From Proteromonas lacertae (Eukaryota): a stretch of 64,000 bases of DNA. The notes beneath the pieces were generated by a model. It did not search any database, was not told the DNA's origin, and saw only the letters and a list, made by a program, of their open reading frames with translations. Positions 1-12,974 of the stretch are shown here, in pieces. The position numbers were made by a program, and so were the translations under genes. Every line of letters begins with the position of its first letter. The stretch's first letter is position 1. The stretch is from assembly GCA_002245135.1 (NCBI GenBank), contig NGBS01000893.1, positions 1 through 64,000 of the forward strand, written 5' to 3'.

Positions 1-720
1 GTTCTGCTATCTATGCTAATTCAAATAGACCTGATTATAATGCTATGGCAAGACAACAATCTGAAGCAAAAATGAAGATGGCACAAATTATGAGTGATCC
101 TGTTAACCAGATAAAGATGCAGATGCAAATGGTATAATATTAACATTCTAATATATTATCTTTAGTAGAGAAATAAAGCACTGAGACGTAATTTAATGAA
201 ACAAAAAATAGATCCTAAAAAAGTTAAGATGATTATAATGATGATTTCCCATCTCTAGATGAATTATTCGGTGATGAAGACCAAATGAAGATGATGCTAA
301 AATGGAAGAAGAAGAAGAGCCTGCTTTACCTTCAGTTGATGCAGCAGTTACTGATGATTATAAAGAGAAAGAAAGAAGAAAAAAAAAGAGAACATAATAA
401 AAAATTATTTCAGAGACTATTTGTTAATTCTACCAGTTATGAAGCATTTTAAGATTTATGATATAAAAGAAAAAGGTGGATTTGTACGTGTAGAAGATGA
501 AACAGGTACAGTGGATTGGTCACAATTGGAAAAGGAAGAATGAATACTCAAAATGAAAGAAGAAAGAAACTAGAATGGTACATGAACTTTGATCAACTAG
601 AACAGTATTTAAAACAAGGAAGTGATGTAGAAGAATATATTTATGATATAATGACCAATTTAGAGTCATATAAATTTGCTGAATATATTTAAAATTCTTA
701 ATAATCATCATAACAACTAT
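1..720 (+). pseudogene. Frameshifted element-A gene fragment, unknown function, with probable GT-AG intron 132-168
   Basis: Frame 3 reads SAIYANSNRPDYNAMARQQ...QMQM. Removing gtataa...tagtag (132-168) continues it as RNKALRRNLMKQ. Acidic/basic segments follow, with frameshifts. Confidence 0.45.
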
Positions 721-921
721 AACGGATCTATTTTTAGTTTTGATATTTTTTGTTTGTTTTTCTTAAATAATGACTGCTCCAACAAAGCGTAAACATAAAG
801 AAAAAGAATCAGAGGACTTTGGCAATCCATCCATCTATCACAATGCATTAAAAAGAAAGTTGAAGAAAATGATTTATGACAGAGCTTCTCAAATAAGAAG
901 ATCAGATTAGATTTAAGCCAT

Positions 922-3900
922 ATGGCTAATCCAACAAGAGCAGTAGACAAAGGAAACGCTACAAATGAATTAGAGATTTACGATCCTTATACAAGTCACC
1001 TTATCAAAACATTTGGTAGTGACTACGATGTAACATTCGATGATAATAGTAGTAGTAGTAGTATGAAAGACAAACCAATGAATCCAAACATCAATGCTAC
1101 TAAGAACAATTACATGACTGATGAAATGAAGTATAAATTATATATGAGTGGTATTACTGACCAATTCGGTAGGTATTATAAGAATATTGGTCAGTTTAAT
1201 AAGCCATATTCTAATTACTACGGTGATCCTACAAACTTAACCAATATTTATCAAAATCCTTTGGTCTCCTAATCCATATACAACACAACAACAAACAGGA
1301 TTATATCAAGATCCAACAACAGGCCAATGGATTACAAATCAGTACAAACAATCCATCTCTGTACAATACTCAGTCCTATGTAAACAGTCAGAGATGGAAT
1401 AATAATGGATTGGATAGTCACTATGAATTAAAACAACAAATACAAGTAAAAGATGCTGCTTTAGAAGATGCAAAGAAAACAATTGAAAAAATGACTGAAG
1501 AAAAACAAAAGTCTGTATGGAGACATATTGATGATCTGTTTAAAGGAAGTACTGCATGGGACTGGTTGAAATGGGGTGTTAAGTTTTGTATGTGTACTAT
1601 AGTATTAGGTGTATTGATATAGCATTTAAATTTGTATTTCCAAATGCTTTAGGTGATTGTTTAGCAGGTATATTTAATCATGCTGTTAGAACAACTGATT
1701 ATTGTTCAAAATTTTTTGGTATATCCAGACAAAGTGTATTTAGTGCTTCATTAGTAGGATCATGGTTACCTAGCAACATTTGAATTCATTAAAGCAGGAT
1801 GGAGTAGCGGTGTGACTGGTTTATTCAATTTTGCTATGACAAAGTTACAAGACTTTTGGAATTATACAAAGAACTTATTTAGCAATGTCTTTGAATCGCT
1901 CAAGAACTTCTGGAACTCCTGGGGCGCGGCGGAGCTTCATGTCCTACATATGATATACCTAGAATAGCTCCCCCACCTCCAAGTACTTCAGATGCTACAG
2001 GTACATCAAGCGGGGCAGGAAAGAAGCATGTAAGCTTTGATCTTAAATATGGGGGAGCTCTGAAGCTAATGCTGTTTATAACGCAAATATGGATGGAACA
2101 AATCCACCCACGGCGATTGCCGTGGGTGGATACGTCCATCCATATTTTCTTCAAGAGTCTTTCAACAGCCACCTAGAGATATGGGTTATACATGGAGACA
2201 TTTAGGTAGAGGTTTAGATTCTATAATGGGTAAAGGTAAATTGGACAAGTATAGAAGACACAAACATAAACACAGGTTATTAAAGAAGCTCCCACGGAGG
2301 CATCTCTCTCATTATAAAAGATTATTAAAAAGGGAGGTAGTATTAGTAATAATAATAATCAACCAGGTGGTGGAGCAACAGAATTCCAGTAGGTACATTA
2401 CATCCACCAAGACCAACACCTAATTCCAGCAACTTTTGAATATCTTAAACCAACATATAAAGTAGGTTATGATGTACATCAGAATTTAGTATTTCCAAAT
2501 CCACGTTTACAAGTATGGATGAATTAACAGGTAACTATATAAATAAAGATTTACTACAGCCATCTCAAATCCCTGACTATATCAGAGCAAAATTACCAAC
2601 AGGACCTGTTGGACCAGATTATGATTGGAAATTGGAATGAAATTTTACCTCAATTAAATGATCAAGGTAGGAGAGAATTGGGTGAAATAATAGGAAACAA
2701 TTATGCAAGTCAACAGCCTTTAATTAATCCAAGATATGTTTATGGTGATTTAGCAACTAGAGATGTTAATAGTAATAGAGGATATTTTGGAAGACAAGCT
2801 GAAGATCTTATGGTGATGGGAAGACCAGCTGTTGATATAGATGCTTCAAATCCTCGTGCAAGTTTTAAATATTTGGGTAAAGATTCATTTATAGATAGTG
2901 CAAAAGATTTTAAGGCATATGATAATGGTATATTAAGAGTAACAGATCCATTAGCTGAATTCAATCCAGAATTAGCAAAGTTAAGCACAGATGATATAGA
3001 AAAGATTATTCAACCTAGGTTTAATGGAAAGATATCACACATGGGATCCCTTAAATGTTTATGACTATGATGATGCATATATAGATAAGATGAAGCTTCA
3101 AATGAATTTGTTGGTAAATGATCGTAATGATGCATTAATTAAAATGAATCAAGCAATACAGAGAGGTGATACAACGTAGTGCTAAATATTATCAACAATA
3201 TTTTAGTCAATTAAACAGCAGAATAAAAGAAGATAAAGATATCATTAGAAGAGCAAGATTGTATGAAATGGGTAAAAGGAATTCAGATGTTGCAAAAAGA
3301 TTGGAGACAGCACAAATTCCTGAAGATATGTTACCAAAAGATCCAAACACTATAGTCGATGAAGCGAAGTAAGAACAAACAACATGATTGATTCACAAAA
3401 TACTAAAGAATGGACTAATGATGAATTCAATAAAACAGTTTTAAGTCATCCTGTACCTAAAGAATGGCAAAATGGTGACTTGAATAAAAGACTTCAGATA
3501 AGTATGAAATTGTTCAAACAGGCATGCAGTCAATGGAAACAATTTGAAGGAAGTCAACTACAGGAAGCGCTTAATAAGATGACTGAAGGTGATTTTTATG
3601 GTTTCGCGAGTAACTTATTATCCTGCGTGAAGAATATTTTTAGAATTTTCCCTATCTTATTTTATACATTCACTGGATATTTGCATGGTGGTGTCACTGC
3701 AGACATGAAAGAAGTTGATGTTGCAATGAAGTACTGTAATACAATTATCATTACATGTATAGCATATTACTTGTGGAGAAAGAATAAGTTAGGAAATTAT
3801 GGGTTCATTACAGTGTTATGGTACTACATGTATGACTACTATGATATAATAAGAAAATTAAGTGGCAATCGTATACCAGATATTTATACTTTAATGGATA

Positions 3901-4348
3901 ACAATTATGACAAAGTAAGTAAGTTGTTACCTGAATCACTTCAAAATTCGTGGTTACCTTTGCAATTTTTATTCAATAGCATTCACATCATTCTTCACGA
4001 ACTCTCATCCTTATGTTAAAGTATTAGCAAATGCAGCACCACTATTCTTTAAATTTGCAAACTTTGATAAAATAAATACTAACAATGGAATTACAGGACT
4101 CTTGGGTGCATTACCAAAATCAGCTACAGATGTCAAAGGATGGATAACTTCTATAGGTACATATGGTACAATACTTAGTGCATTTGGTGCAGTAGCAGGT
4201 TTAATGGCTCCTTCAGGATTGTCACAATTCTTAGATAATGGTATCATACCAAAGAATGATGTAGTTCAACAACACCTACAATGAGTCAAATTTTCATCCT
4301 AAAGGAATCAATTTACCTAATGGATTAACAAATTTTCAAGCTGGAACT
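922..4348 (+). pseudogene. Chain of same-strand ORF fragments, probably one long frameshifted (poly)protein upstream of the protease
   Basis: ORFs 922, 1410, 1586, 2181, 2609, 3166, 3384 and 4102 are consecutive on +; junctions examined by eye are bridgeable by frameshifts. The protease frame is open from about 4266. Confidence 0.55.
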
Positions 4349-4960
4349 ATGAATGCAATACAATTAAGTGAGATTATGAGACTCATGAACCAGTACGGTT
4401 ATGGTGGAAGAGGTAAAAAAGTACATTCACGAAGGATACTTTTGACTAACATCAATGGTAAAGGAGCATTATCGAACTTCGACATTGAAGAAATTATTCA
4501 AAAAGAATTCAATGATTTTGATAAGAAGTTCAAAGGTTGTTTTTGTTGGGATGAATTGATATTACCAATACCTAACAAAATGGATCAGTGGGAATCATTA
4601 TCAATACACTCACTACTAAAGCAAAACCAGACAGTAGTAGGTCATTGGGTTGCTTTAGTAGTAGACAATGATAAGAAGATGTTCATGTACTATGATTCCT
4701 TCGGTGAGGATCCTCAGAAACTAGAATATTTCAAAGAATGTTTAAAGAAGTTCAAGAAATTTCATGAAAAACCATATCAGTTAAAAATCAATGCAGTTCA
4801 AAACCAGAATAGTAATACAAGTAATTGTGGTTTTTTCGCAATCAATTTTTTGAACGATATATTAAATAGAAAAAGAACATTCAAGCAGGCTACAGATTTT
4901 AATACAGTGGTAGGTGAGAAAAGAGTAGCAATGATGAAAAAAGAGTTTGGAATAGTATAA
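4349..4960 (+). CDS. Adenain/Ulp1-like (clan CE) cysteine protease, Polinton maturation protease
   Basis: GHWVAL...YYDSFG...QNQNSNTSNCGFFAINFL gives the His-Asp-Gln-Cys arrangement; LSNFDI at the start of the core. Confidence 0.88.
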   Translation: MNAIQLSEIMRLMNQYGYGGRGKKVHSRRILLTNINGKGALSNFDIEEIIQKEFNDFDKKFKGCFCWDELILPIPNKMDQWESLSIHSLLKQNQTVVGHWVALVVDNDKKMFMYYDSFGEDPQKLEYFKECLKKFKKFHEKPYQLKINAVQNQNSNTSNCGFFAINFLNDILNRKRTFKQATDFNTVVGEKRVAMMKKEFGIV

Positions 4961-4986
4961 ATAATTAATTAATTAATTATTATTAT

Positions 4987-5428
4987 CTAATCTTTATGTG
5001 GTTTTAAAATATTATTTAGTATAGGCATTACCTCTTCTATTGCTCTTTCTAGCTCTTCTTTAAGACACTGCGTAGCTAATCTCTTACTCTCTAAACGATT
5101 CATCAATTCAAGCACTTGTTCATCCAAACCTAAATTGTACTGCTTCATTGAGCTTCTTACAAGTTACTATTATATTCCCTGCTTTCTTTAATGCGTTTTG
5201 GTACTCCAAACTACCATCATCTTTGTGATTGATATATGTGCTGCATAATTCGAACCACATGTCAAATGCTGCTTCTGCATTTTCTTTTAACATCATTTCC
5301 ATTGTTATTTGATACCTATATAAACGAAAAATAAAAGAAATACCGAATTTATTCGTTTCGCGATCTTTGGCATTTTCGTTACATTTTTTTAAGAATTCAT
5401 GAAGTATTGTTTTAGTCATGGTGACCAA
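4987..5428 (-). CDS. Hypothetical element-A protein (frameshift near 5130); homologous remnant at 23005-23124
   Basis: ORF 5120-5428 continues in another frame (LGLDEQVLELMNRLESKRL...KPHKD*). It shares the KE.AE..FD....C..Y.N.KDDGS..YQ pattern with the 23005 remnant. Confidence 0.55.
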
Positions 5429-5836
5429 ACTATTTTTGGATTCGAGAAGTATAGTGACGAGTGTAGATGGAAGATATATATTCCAAAAGAAGCTAAAGAT
5501 ATAATATGGTTCTCATCATCAAATATCAAAGCACCTTTGGTAATAAATTATGGCCAGGCTGTAGAAGATAGATATTGTGCTGGCTGCCCTACAATTTCAC
5601 CTATTCCCAACCATGGATTTTACGAGATCTTCATTCCATCAAGATACAAACCAATTATTGTATCTACAATTGATAAGGAGTTTTTATTACACAATGTGTT
5701 GTATCTTGCAAGAGGTCAAACAAAAACAGAGAAGAATCAAAAAGTAATTAATGCAAAGACAATTGTTGCTCCACCCAGAAAACAAGAAAACAGCTATGAT
5801 GTTGCTTGGTTGTTAGAACAGCTTAAAATTAATTAA
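5399..5836 (+). CDS. Hypothetical element-A protein (145 aa)
   Basis: Open frame with plausible composition, convergent on the integrase; no recognised motif. Confidence 0.5.
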   Translation: MKYCFSHGDQTIFGFEKYSDECRWKIYIPKEAKDIIWFSSSNIKAPLVINYGQAVEDRYCAGCPTISPIPNHGFYEIFIPSRYKPIIVSTIDKEFLLHNVLYLARGQTKTEKNQKVINAKTIVAPPRKQENSYDVAWLLEQLKIN

Positions 5837-5840
5837 TTAA

Positions 5841-7133
5841 TTACACAATTGTATTATCACCTTTTCTGATTCGAGGTCTTTCCAAAATATGTCTGAAATT
5901 TGTTTCAGGATCCCTTCTAGCTACTAATTGAAGTTCATAGTGCTTAAACCTATATCGAGACACATCTTCATCCCAATTTCCATTTGTATCTCCTAACATA
6001 TAAGAGTATCTGTTCTTCTTTATAATACGATATATCTTATCTGACCAATAAGTGTTTTTATCCATAGGTCTTCTTCTCTCTTTAAATCGAACTAAATCTC
6101 CTACTTGAAAATGAACTTTTAATCTTTGTTCATTATTAAAATTGTATTTGATTGATTCCATTAACATTCTGTTTTGTAGTTTAGGACTATTGTATACTTC
6201 ATTAGGTGTAAAATCTCTCAAACTTGATAATGGTTTGTTGTTATAGTCATTCACAGCTTGTTGTACAATATCATTGAAACGTGCTAACCACTTTTGATCG
6301 ATGATTTCTCTTCTGTCCCGTCGATCAATATTAGCTTGAAACTCTGGTGCTTCTATTCCTAAGTCTATCAAGTGTTTATATAATAGTTTCTTTATTACAC
6401 TTACAGATTTATCTAATATAGCTTCTATTCTATGTTCATTAGGTGCTTTTTGATAGAATGTTATTCCTTCCTTATCACAGAACTCTTTAACTACACTAAA
6501 ACCACTTTCTAAATCAGCTAAAATACTTACAACACGTCTTTTTGATACTATTTCAGAACCATCTTCATTTGTTTTAAAATACCATGCATTAAAAGCTCTC
6601 ATTATATCTACAGCTTTATTGCTTGACATTGGTATCACCCATACTTTTCTAGAGTTTATTTCTATTATATATAAATGATATAATTGAGGTAAGAAAAAGA
6701 CAATATCTAATTGAAAATAGCCTGGTTTCTTAACAGTTGCAAAAGGTAAATCTTTATTGTATTTGAAATCAACTACTTGACGACCTGGTTTACGTCTAAG
6801 ATACTCTCTAACAACATCATAAGGAGGTGGAACTTCATTCTTTCCAATAGCTTCTTGAGTTAATTTAATAAACTGTTTTTCACTTAAATAATAATACTGT
6901 TCATAAAGTCTATCTAAATATTCTCTATACTGCTCGATTTGTCTTGACATTTCATCATCATCATACGGATCCGCTCTTGTAAAATTCTGTAATGGCGGTG
7001 GTGCATTGTTAAAATTGCTCGTAAGGTTTGATTGGTTTGTTTGATCAACAAACTTATATCCTGGTGGTAGTTCTTGAGTTGCATTTGTATTTGACTTAGT
7101 GTAAGGCTGATTATAATAAGAATTAGTAAGCAT
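5841..7133 (-). CDS. RVE (retroviral-like) integrase, Polinton type
   Basis: PGYFQLDIVF / IEINSRKVWV / ILADLESGF / YNNKPLSSLRDFTPNEV / FQVGDLVRF...YWSDKIYRI motifs. Confidence 0.9.
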   Translation of the reverse strand: MLTNSYYNQPYTKSNTNATQELPPGYKFVDQTNQSNLTSNFNNAPPPLQNFTRADPYDDDEMSRQIEQYREYLDRLYEQYYYLSEKQFIKLTQEAIGKNEVPPPYDVVREYLRRKPGRQVVDFKYNKDLPFATVKKPGYFQLDIVFFLPQLYHLYIIEINSRKVWVIPMSSNKAVDIMRAFNAWYFKTNEDGSEIVSKRRVVSILADLESGFSVVKEFCDKEGITFYQKAPNEHRIEAILDKSVSVIKKLLYKHLIDLGIEAPEFQANIDRRDRREIIDQKWLARFNDIVQQAVNDYNNKPLSSLRDFTPNEVYNSPKLQNRMLMESIKYNFNNEQRLKVHFQVGDLVRFKERRRPMDKNTYWSDKIYRIIKKNRYSYMLGDTNGNWDEDVSRYRFKHYELQLVARRDPETNFRHILERPRIRKGDNTIV

Positions 7134-7224
7134 AAGAAGAAAAACACAAAAGTAAAAGCATACACAAATATATTGAATATATCCATTTTATTCTAATTAA
7201 TGCTATTTTCATCAATATTAATAA

Positions 7225-7225
<1 letters not shown>

Positions 7226-7265
<40 letters not shown>
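7226..7265. repeat. (TTA)n microsatellite immediately downstream of the PolB stop
   Basis: Directly visible. Confidence 0.9.
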
Positions 7266-7266
<1 letters not shown>

Positions 7267-10200
7267 CGACAATATCTGTAAACATTGGTGGTGGTGGGAC
7301 GACTTATAGTATAAGGAATTGAAGTTAAAACATTCAAGTAAAATCTCTTTATATCAAAGATTGTAAAAGCTAACTTTGGTTGTTTAACTGTGTATACTAC
7401 TTGTTTTGCACTTCTGAAACTATATTGATTAACATAAACTTTACTTAGTTCTTTACTTTCTAAGATATTCTTGTAGTAATCATAGTCACAAGTCTTTATT
7501 CTGAAACCTTTAGTTACGCCTTTTGCTCTGCTATCAGACACCTTTAAGTGCGTAAATCCATCCACTCTTTGCTTCTCATAAGCATACATCTTTGCTTTCA
7601 ATCCACAGAATTTTGTTATTGTATATAATTGATCACTTTTGTTCTCTTCCATTTTAAGTAAATTCAGTTCACCTGTTCTTTGATAGTTCTGATAACGAAT
7701 ACCTCTCTCTTTAAGATAATCACAATTAATATTACCAGTATCCATGCAACCTTGTAGACTTAAATCATTAGCAATATCTTTGTATATATCATCTGTCCAT
7801 ACCATAAAGATAAAAGAGTCTGTATCTGTCATTAATAAACGCAATCCTTGTTTATACTTTTGATATAATTGTCCATACCAAAACTTTGCCATAAGATACT
7901 TTGATTGGCAAAGAATGGACATTCCAATATAGCTTGGCTTATCTATTGCACACTTGTATTTTTTAAACTTACACACTCTCAAGTCACAACCATCAATTGA
8001 AACAAAACCAGTAAAGTATGGATTGCTAACACATTTGAGGAATTGGTCCTCATTATTAACTAGTCTACTTCTACATCTATTCTCAGTATTCTCACATGTC
8101 TTACCATATGCACTATTCAGGATTAGTTTAAATGTATCAGCTTCTGCATCTCGATGGAACTTCTTTGCATCTTTTCTTAATAGATGGCATTGCATAACAA
8201 ATTCATACGCATAATCTGTTTCACAAAAACTAATTACTCTCCATACTTTGGTTACTTTATATCCTAACTTCACAGCATAGTTTAGATATTGATAATGAAC
8301 AACATAATGATACTTGTTGGATAAATCACATATTATTCTTGCTGTATTATTCTTCAATACTTCTTTGCCAGACTTTTTGTTGACAGCTACTAATCCTAAT
8401 TCTCTGGCCCATTGCTTCTGTGTTGGTGACAAATCTTCATATAATATTATCTTTCTTTCAGGAAATAAAGGATACTCTGAAAACTTGCCATTTGTATTAT
8501 CTGGAGGTTCTATATCAACTTCTAAAATATAACCTCTGCTCTCTGGATCCTTCCACAGCTTCTGATCTTCTACCATAAATGATCTTTTTAAATCCTCATA
8601 AGGTTTTAATTTTGTTATAACATTATCATAAATTAATTGAGGATTTGGTTCCCATTGAAAGTCTTTATAGGGTAATTTCATTGATGCCATTGTAGAAGGA
8701 TATAGAGAATTATAATCTACATACATAATATATGTTTCTTGTTTTGGTGGATGAGAAGTATGATCTGAAAAGTATGGAGGATCCATGTAATGATTTTTAG
8801 CTTCTGCTTTTCTCGTAGATCCAATCATTGAAATTCCACCAATAAGACCTTTTCTCATAAAGTCATACTTGTCTTGATCTGATATTAGTTCAATATCCAC
8901 TTTGGATTTTTTAAGGAATATACTCCAGGCTAAACCAGGACATGATACATGCCAGCATGGATCTAATGTAAACGTTCTAAATACAACATTCCTAAAGTGA
9001 TCGAATACACTAGATAATGTAAGAACATCAATTGCTAAATAAAACATATTGTAATCCATCAAGTTTTTACATTTCAATAGAGTCCAGAGAGCTTGAGATG
9101 ATTCATAATCATAATCAGATATACCTTCATTCTGTTTTAATTGAGACTTAAAATCTTCTTTTCTAGGTAATTTATCAGTAAGGTATAACTTTTGAATACT
9201 ATCTACGTATTCGTAGGGGAAATGACCTTTCTGTAAACCCCACTTAGCTATAAAATCATCTACTGTCCAGTTTCTCTCTTTTAAACAATCATTTATCTCT
9301 TTTGTTTGTGTTACATATTGATAAACTGGTTTAAAGAGTACTTTATGATTAGCATGTGCATCAGCTTCGACTTTCAATGACTTTACTAATGAATCTAATG
9401 ATGCTGGCATAAATTGACAACTATCTATAAAGTGTAACTTCATGAACTTGATAAGTAAAAACTTATTATCAGTTTTTAACAATACAGATAGTTTTGAATG
9501 ATATTTCTTCTTTCTAGGTGTTGGTTGCTGTTGTTGTTCAGTTGTTGTTGTTGAATTAGGTTGTGAAACAATAATATTTCCCATCTCTTCTTCTAATCCA
9601 ATATCTTCTGCTGTTCTTGGTGATATGTAATGATCTCTACTATGTAACATATAATACAACTCATTAAATGCTTCTTCATTTGCTGGATCATTTTCATCAA
9701 CTATTTCAATTGCATTTGGTGGTATTTCTGGTAATGGCAAATCAGAATCAGTATCTTCTTCTGTTTCTGCATCTTCTTCATCATCATTATCAACTGTTTT
9801 TGCTTCTTGTTCTTGTTTCTTTTCTTCTTCAATACCTCTATTGTATTCAGCTAATCTATCAGCAATAGGTTCAGGTTCAGGTATTGGTAATTGTATAATT
9901 TCATTATCTTCTTCATCATCATCATAATCATCATTTGGAATAGGAATATTATTATCATTGTACCATTTTGCTTCCATTTCTTTATCCAACTTTGATAATC
10001 CACGTATTATAAAGTTATTGTCATAGTTTTTACTGTTGTGTGCCAAACATGGTATAGGCATATGTTGTAAACTACAATGCCAATTACAGTTTGAACATAA
10101 GGTTGCAATATACTTGCCAGTAAAATGGTCATGGTGTCTTGTTCGCCTTCTATTTCTGTCGTTTTCATTGAAGGGTGTATTGCACCACATACATTTATCG

Positions 10201-12146
10201 ATATTTTTATGAGCTGGAATATAAGTGCTTTCATCTAATGGTTTCAATTCACCACTTTTATAATCTTCATACTTCTTCAATACATAATCTTGAATCTCAA
10301 CAAACTTCTTTACTAGTTGCATCTCCAAATCTTGTGGATCTTGCTGCAATTCCAGTTTTCCGAAGAATGTTTCTTCGCTGATGATTTCAGGGTACCTGGA
10401 ACTTAAGTGAATGCACCAACTGCTGAGGATATGTTTTTTAAACGCTCCTTTGGCTCCAGGTATTACTTCAGAAGGATCTATTGGTACTTGTATAACTTCT
10501 GTATCCCAGTATAATACTACAGGAATCATTTGTTGGTATTTGAAATTATGAAACTTGATGAAAGTATCTGGAGGTGGAAATTGACGAATGATTCCTTTTT
10601 GTAATTGACAATTCTCTTTCTGATGTTGAATTATCATATCAGCTGTTGATAAAGTACAGAAACAATACTGGCATCTGGTATAATAATTATGACACCTTTT
10701 ACCAGAAGGTGATAGGAAGGCTTCTAATTTTGTTATTACCATATAATGATCTTTGTATATTAGCAAGTTCACATGAGGCCAGTGTTTTCTTTTATCTATG
10801 TTGGTAACGTATAAAGGTATTGGTTCATTCTGGTCTATTGTAAATATATTGATAGTAATATGATTCAGCTGTTCAAACTCATCAATTCTGTCACTATCAT
10901 TAATTGCATCAACTGGAAATCTTAAACTGCTTACATCCATTAAATCTACATACTGTTTGTATTTCATTGCTCTGTTACGGTGGTCTTTGAACTCTATATA
11001 GTGTAAACCGGCTGCCACGCTGAATAAAAAGCACATATTCTTACATTCTTCACTATATCTTACCAAATTAATAACGCACTTTCTATTGTTGAGGCTTGCT
11101 GGTAACTTTATGTTGTCATCTTCTGTAGATGATCCAGCAGCCATTGAACTTTTCATCAGTATCATCTCTACTTTCTTAATATATCTGAACTTTAGTTCAG
11201 ATCTTTCAGTGTTGAAAATTGAACCTAAATCTCGAATCATGGCATTGTTTAACTTTGAACCAATTGTACCTAACTCTTGAGAAGTTATAATTTCTGGCGC
11301 TGTTTCGAATGTTTTGTAACAACTTACTTGTGCATTGGCTGGTTCATCGGATCCTATATAACCTACTCTGAATCTGAAATAAACTTTTATATAAGAAAAT
11401 TTCTTCTCATTTATGTAGTTACGTATAGTAACCATAAAATCACTTGATGCATTGCAGATTTGGGTAAACAAATCCTCTGGTTTCTTTCCATCTGCTTCAT
11501 TTATAATCTTCTCGTAGGTACGTTCGTAGTCTCTACTACTTCTCTCTACAAGTTGTAACAAACTTACTCTTTCAGGATGTGACATTGTTTTCAACTGCTC
11601 TGGATGATTATCAACAACATCCAGAGCAATCATTTCTTCCTGTAGTTGCCTTCTTCTTTCAACATCTGCAGTTGATTGTGGATGTACTTCAGGAATTGGT
11701 CCATCATTAATTGGTGAAAGTGTTGGTGGATCTTCAGGAGGAGGTGTATCTGGCAATAAATCATCTGGGATTTCTGATAATCGTTGTATTTTTGGAGGTG
11801 GAGGAGGTGGCTGATCAATTACAATTGAAGATGTTGTTCTTCTTCTTGGTGTTATGAAACTAGTTTCATTAGTACTTCTAGCAGTGTTTGATTGTTGTTG
11901 TTGTTGTTGCTGCTGAGGTTGTTGTTGTGCTCTTGCATTGAATGATCCAACATAATATGGTGGAGGATAGTAATAGGATGGTGGTGGTGGGATAGCTGGA
12001 GTAAAATAAGGGTTCATCCAGGGATTAAAATAACTTTGTGGCAACATTGGAACTTGATTTCTTTGGTTATTGTCTTGAATAGGCATAGAAGTACTTGGAG
12101 ACTGGTAATACCACGGATTAAACCAAGGAGGATAGCTGGGATACAT
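7263..12146 (-). CDS. Protein-primed family B DNA polymerase (1627 aa) with N-terminal extension, OTU-like segment and EndoVII-like Zn insert
   Basis: Exonuclease motifs YWDTE, HNSKNYDNNFI and YLAIDV. Polymerase motifs YVDYNSLYP, KLILNSAYGKT and MTDTDS. Also KGHFPYEY and CMWC...HHDHFTGKYIATLCSNCN. Frame intact. Confidence 0.95.
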
Positions 12147-12300
12147 TAGAACCTATAAAACGAGAAAGATATAAATATACCCAATAAAATAACTCCAAAT
12201 GTATTAATATGATTTGCTAATTGAAATTCATTGATAATCAAGTGTGTTTTTTTGATAACTATACATACAAAAAATAGTTTTTGTTTAAATATCTACTAAT

Positions 12301-12882
12301 ATGCGTCAAGCACCAGCAGTTTATGATATTACTCAAGTTGTTAGTAATATTCCTAACATTATTGGCTTATTCAAAAAATTATTGGAGTGGATTAAGAATG
12401 ATAATGTTGAATTCAGAAGTCCAGTTAATATAGGAGTGGTATCAGATATTACTGATCTCAATTTCAAATTATTTATGTCATTTATTGATGAGTGCATTGA
12501 TAAATTAGTTAATTTGGAATCAAATCTAAATATGGTCAACTTTAATATAGCAGACTCCTTAACTCTATTTGAAAAAAGACTATTGATTAACAAAGTAATG
12601 AGCGAAATTAGAAATCAAATAGTAATGTGGTATAGTTTACTGAATATTTATGGAAAGCCTATATTAAATGATAAGTTAAATAATATAGGAGAAGAAGTTA
12701 TTAAAAAGTATCAAGATATGGTGATTTCACAAATGGATTATGAAATTAAGAAAACTAATCCCACAATGAAAGCAAGTGATTATGTAGTCAGTATGTCTAT
12801 GAAAAGAAAGTACCGTGATCACCCAACTATATGTGATCCGAGAGTTAGGAAACTCATGCGATTAAGTAATGATTTACAATAA
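12301..12882 (+). CDS. Hypothetical element-A protein (193 aa), divergent from PolB
   Basis: Long ORF between PolB and the terminus; no recognised motif. Confidence 0.6.
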   Translation: MRQAPAVYDITQVVSNIPNIIGLFKKLLEWIKNDNVEFRSPVNIGVVSDITDLNFKLFMSFIDECIDKLVNLESNLNMVNFNIADSLTLFEKRLLINKVMSEIRNQIVMWYSLLNIYGKPILNDKLNNIGEEVIKKYQDMVISQMDYEIKKTNPTMKASDYVVSMSMKRKYRDHPTICDPRVRKLMRLSNDLQ

Positions 12883-12974
12883 ATTCAAAATATACTATTA
12901 TTAATGATATATACTGATTGAAAGAAAAAAAAGTGTTTATTTTTTAGGGTTTTTTAAAAAAAATAACATAATTA

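Noticed and set aside
7954..11818. Short ORFs overlapping PolB, and similar antisense ORFs over host genes
   Set aside because: Shadow ORFs of AT-rich coding sequence with no motifs.
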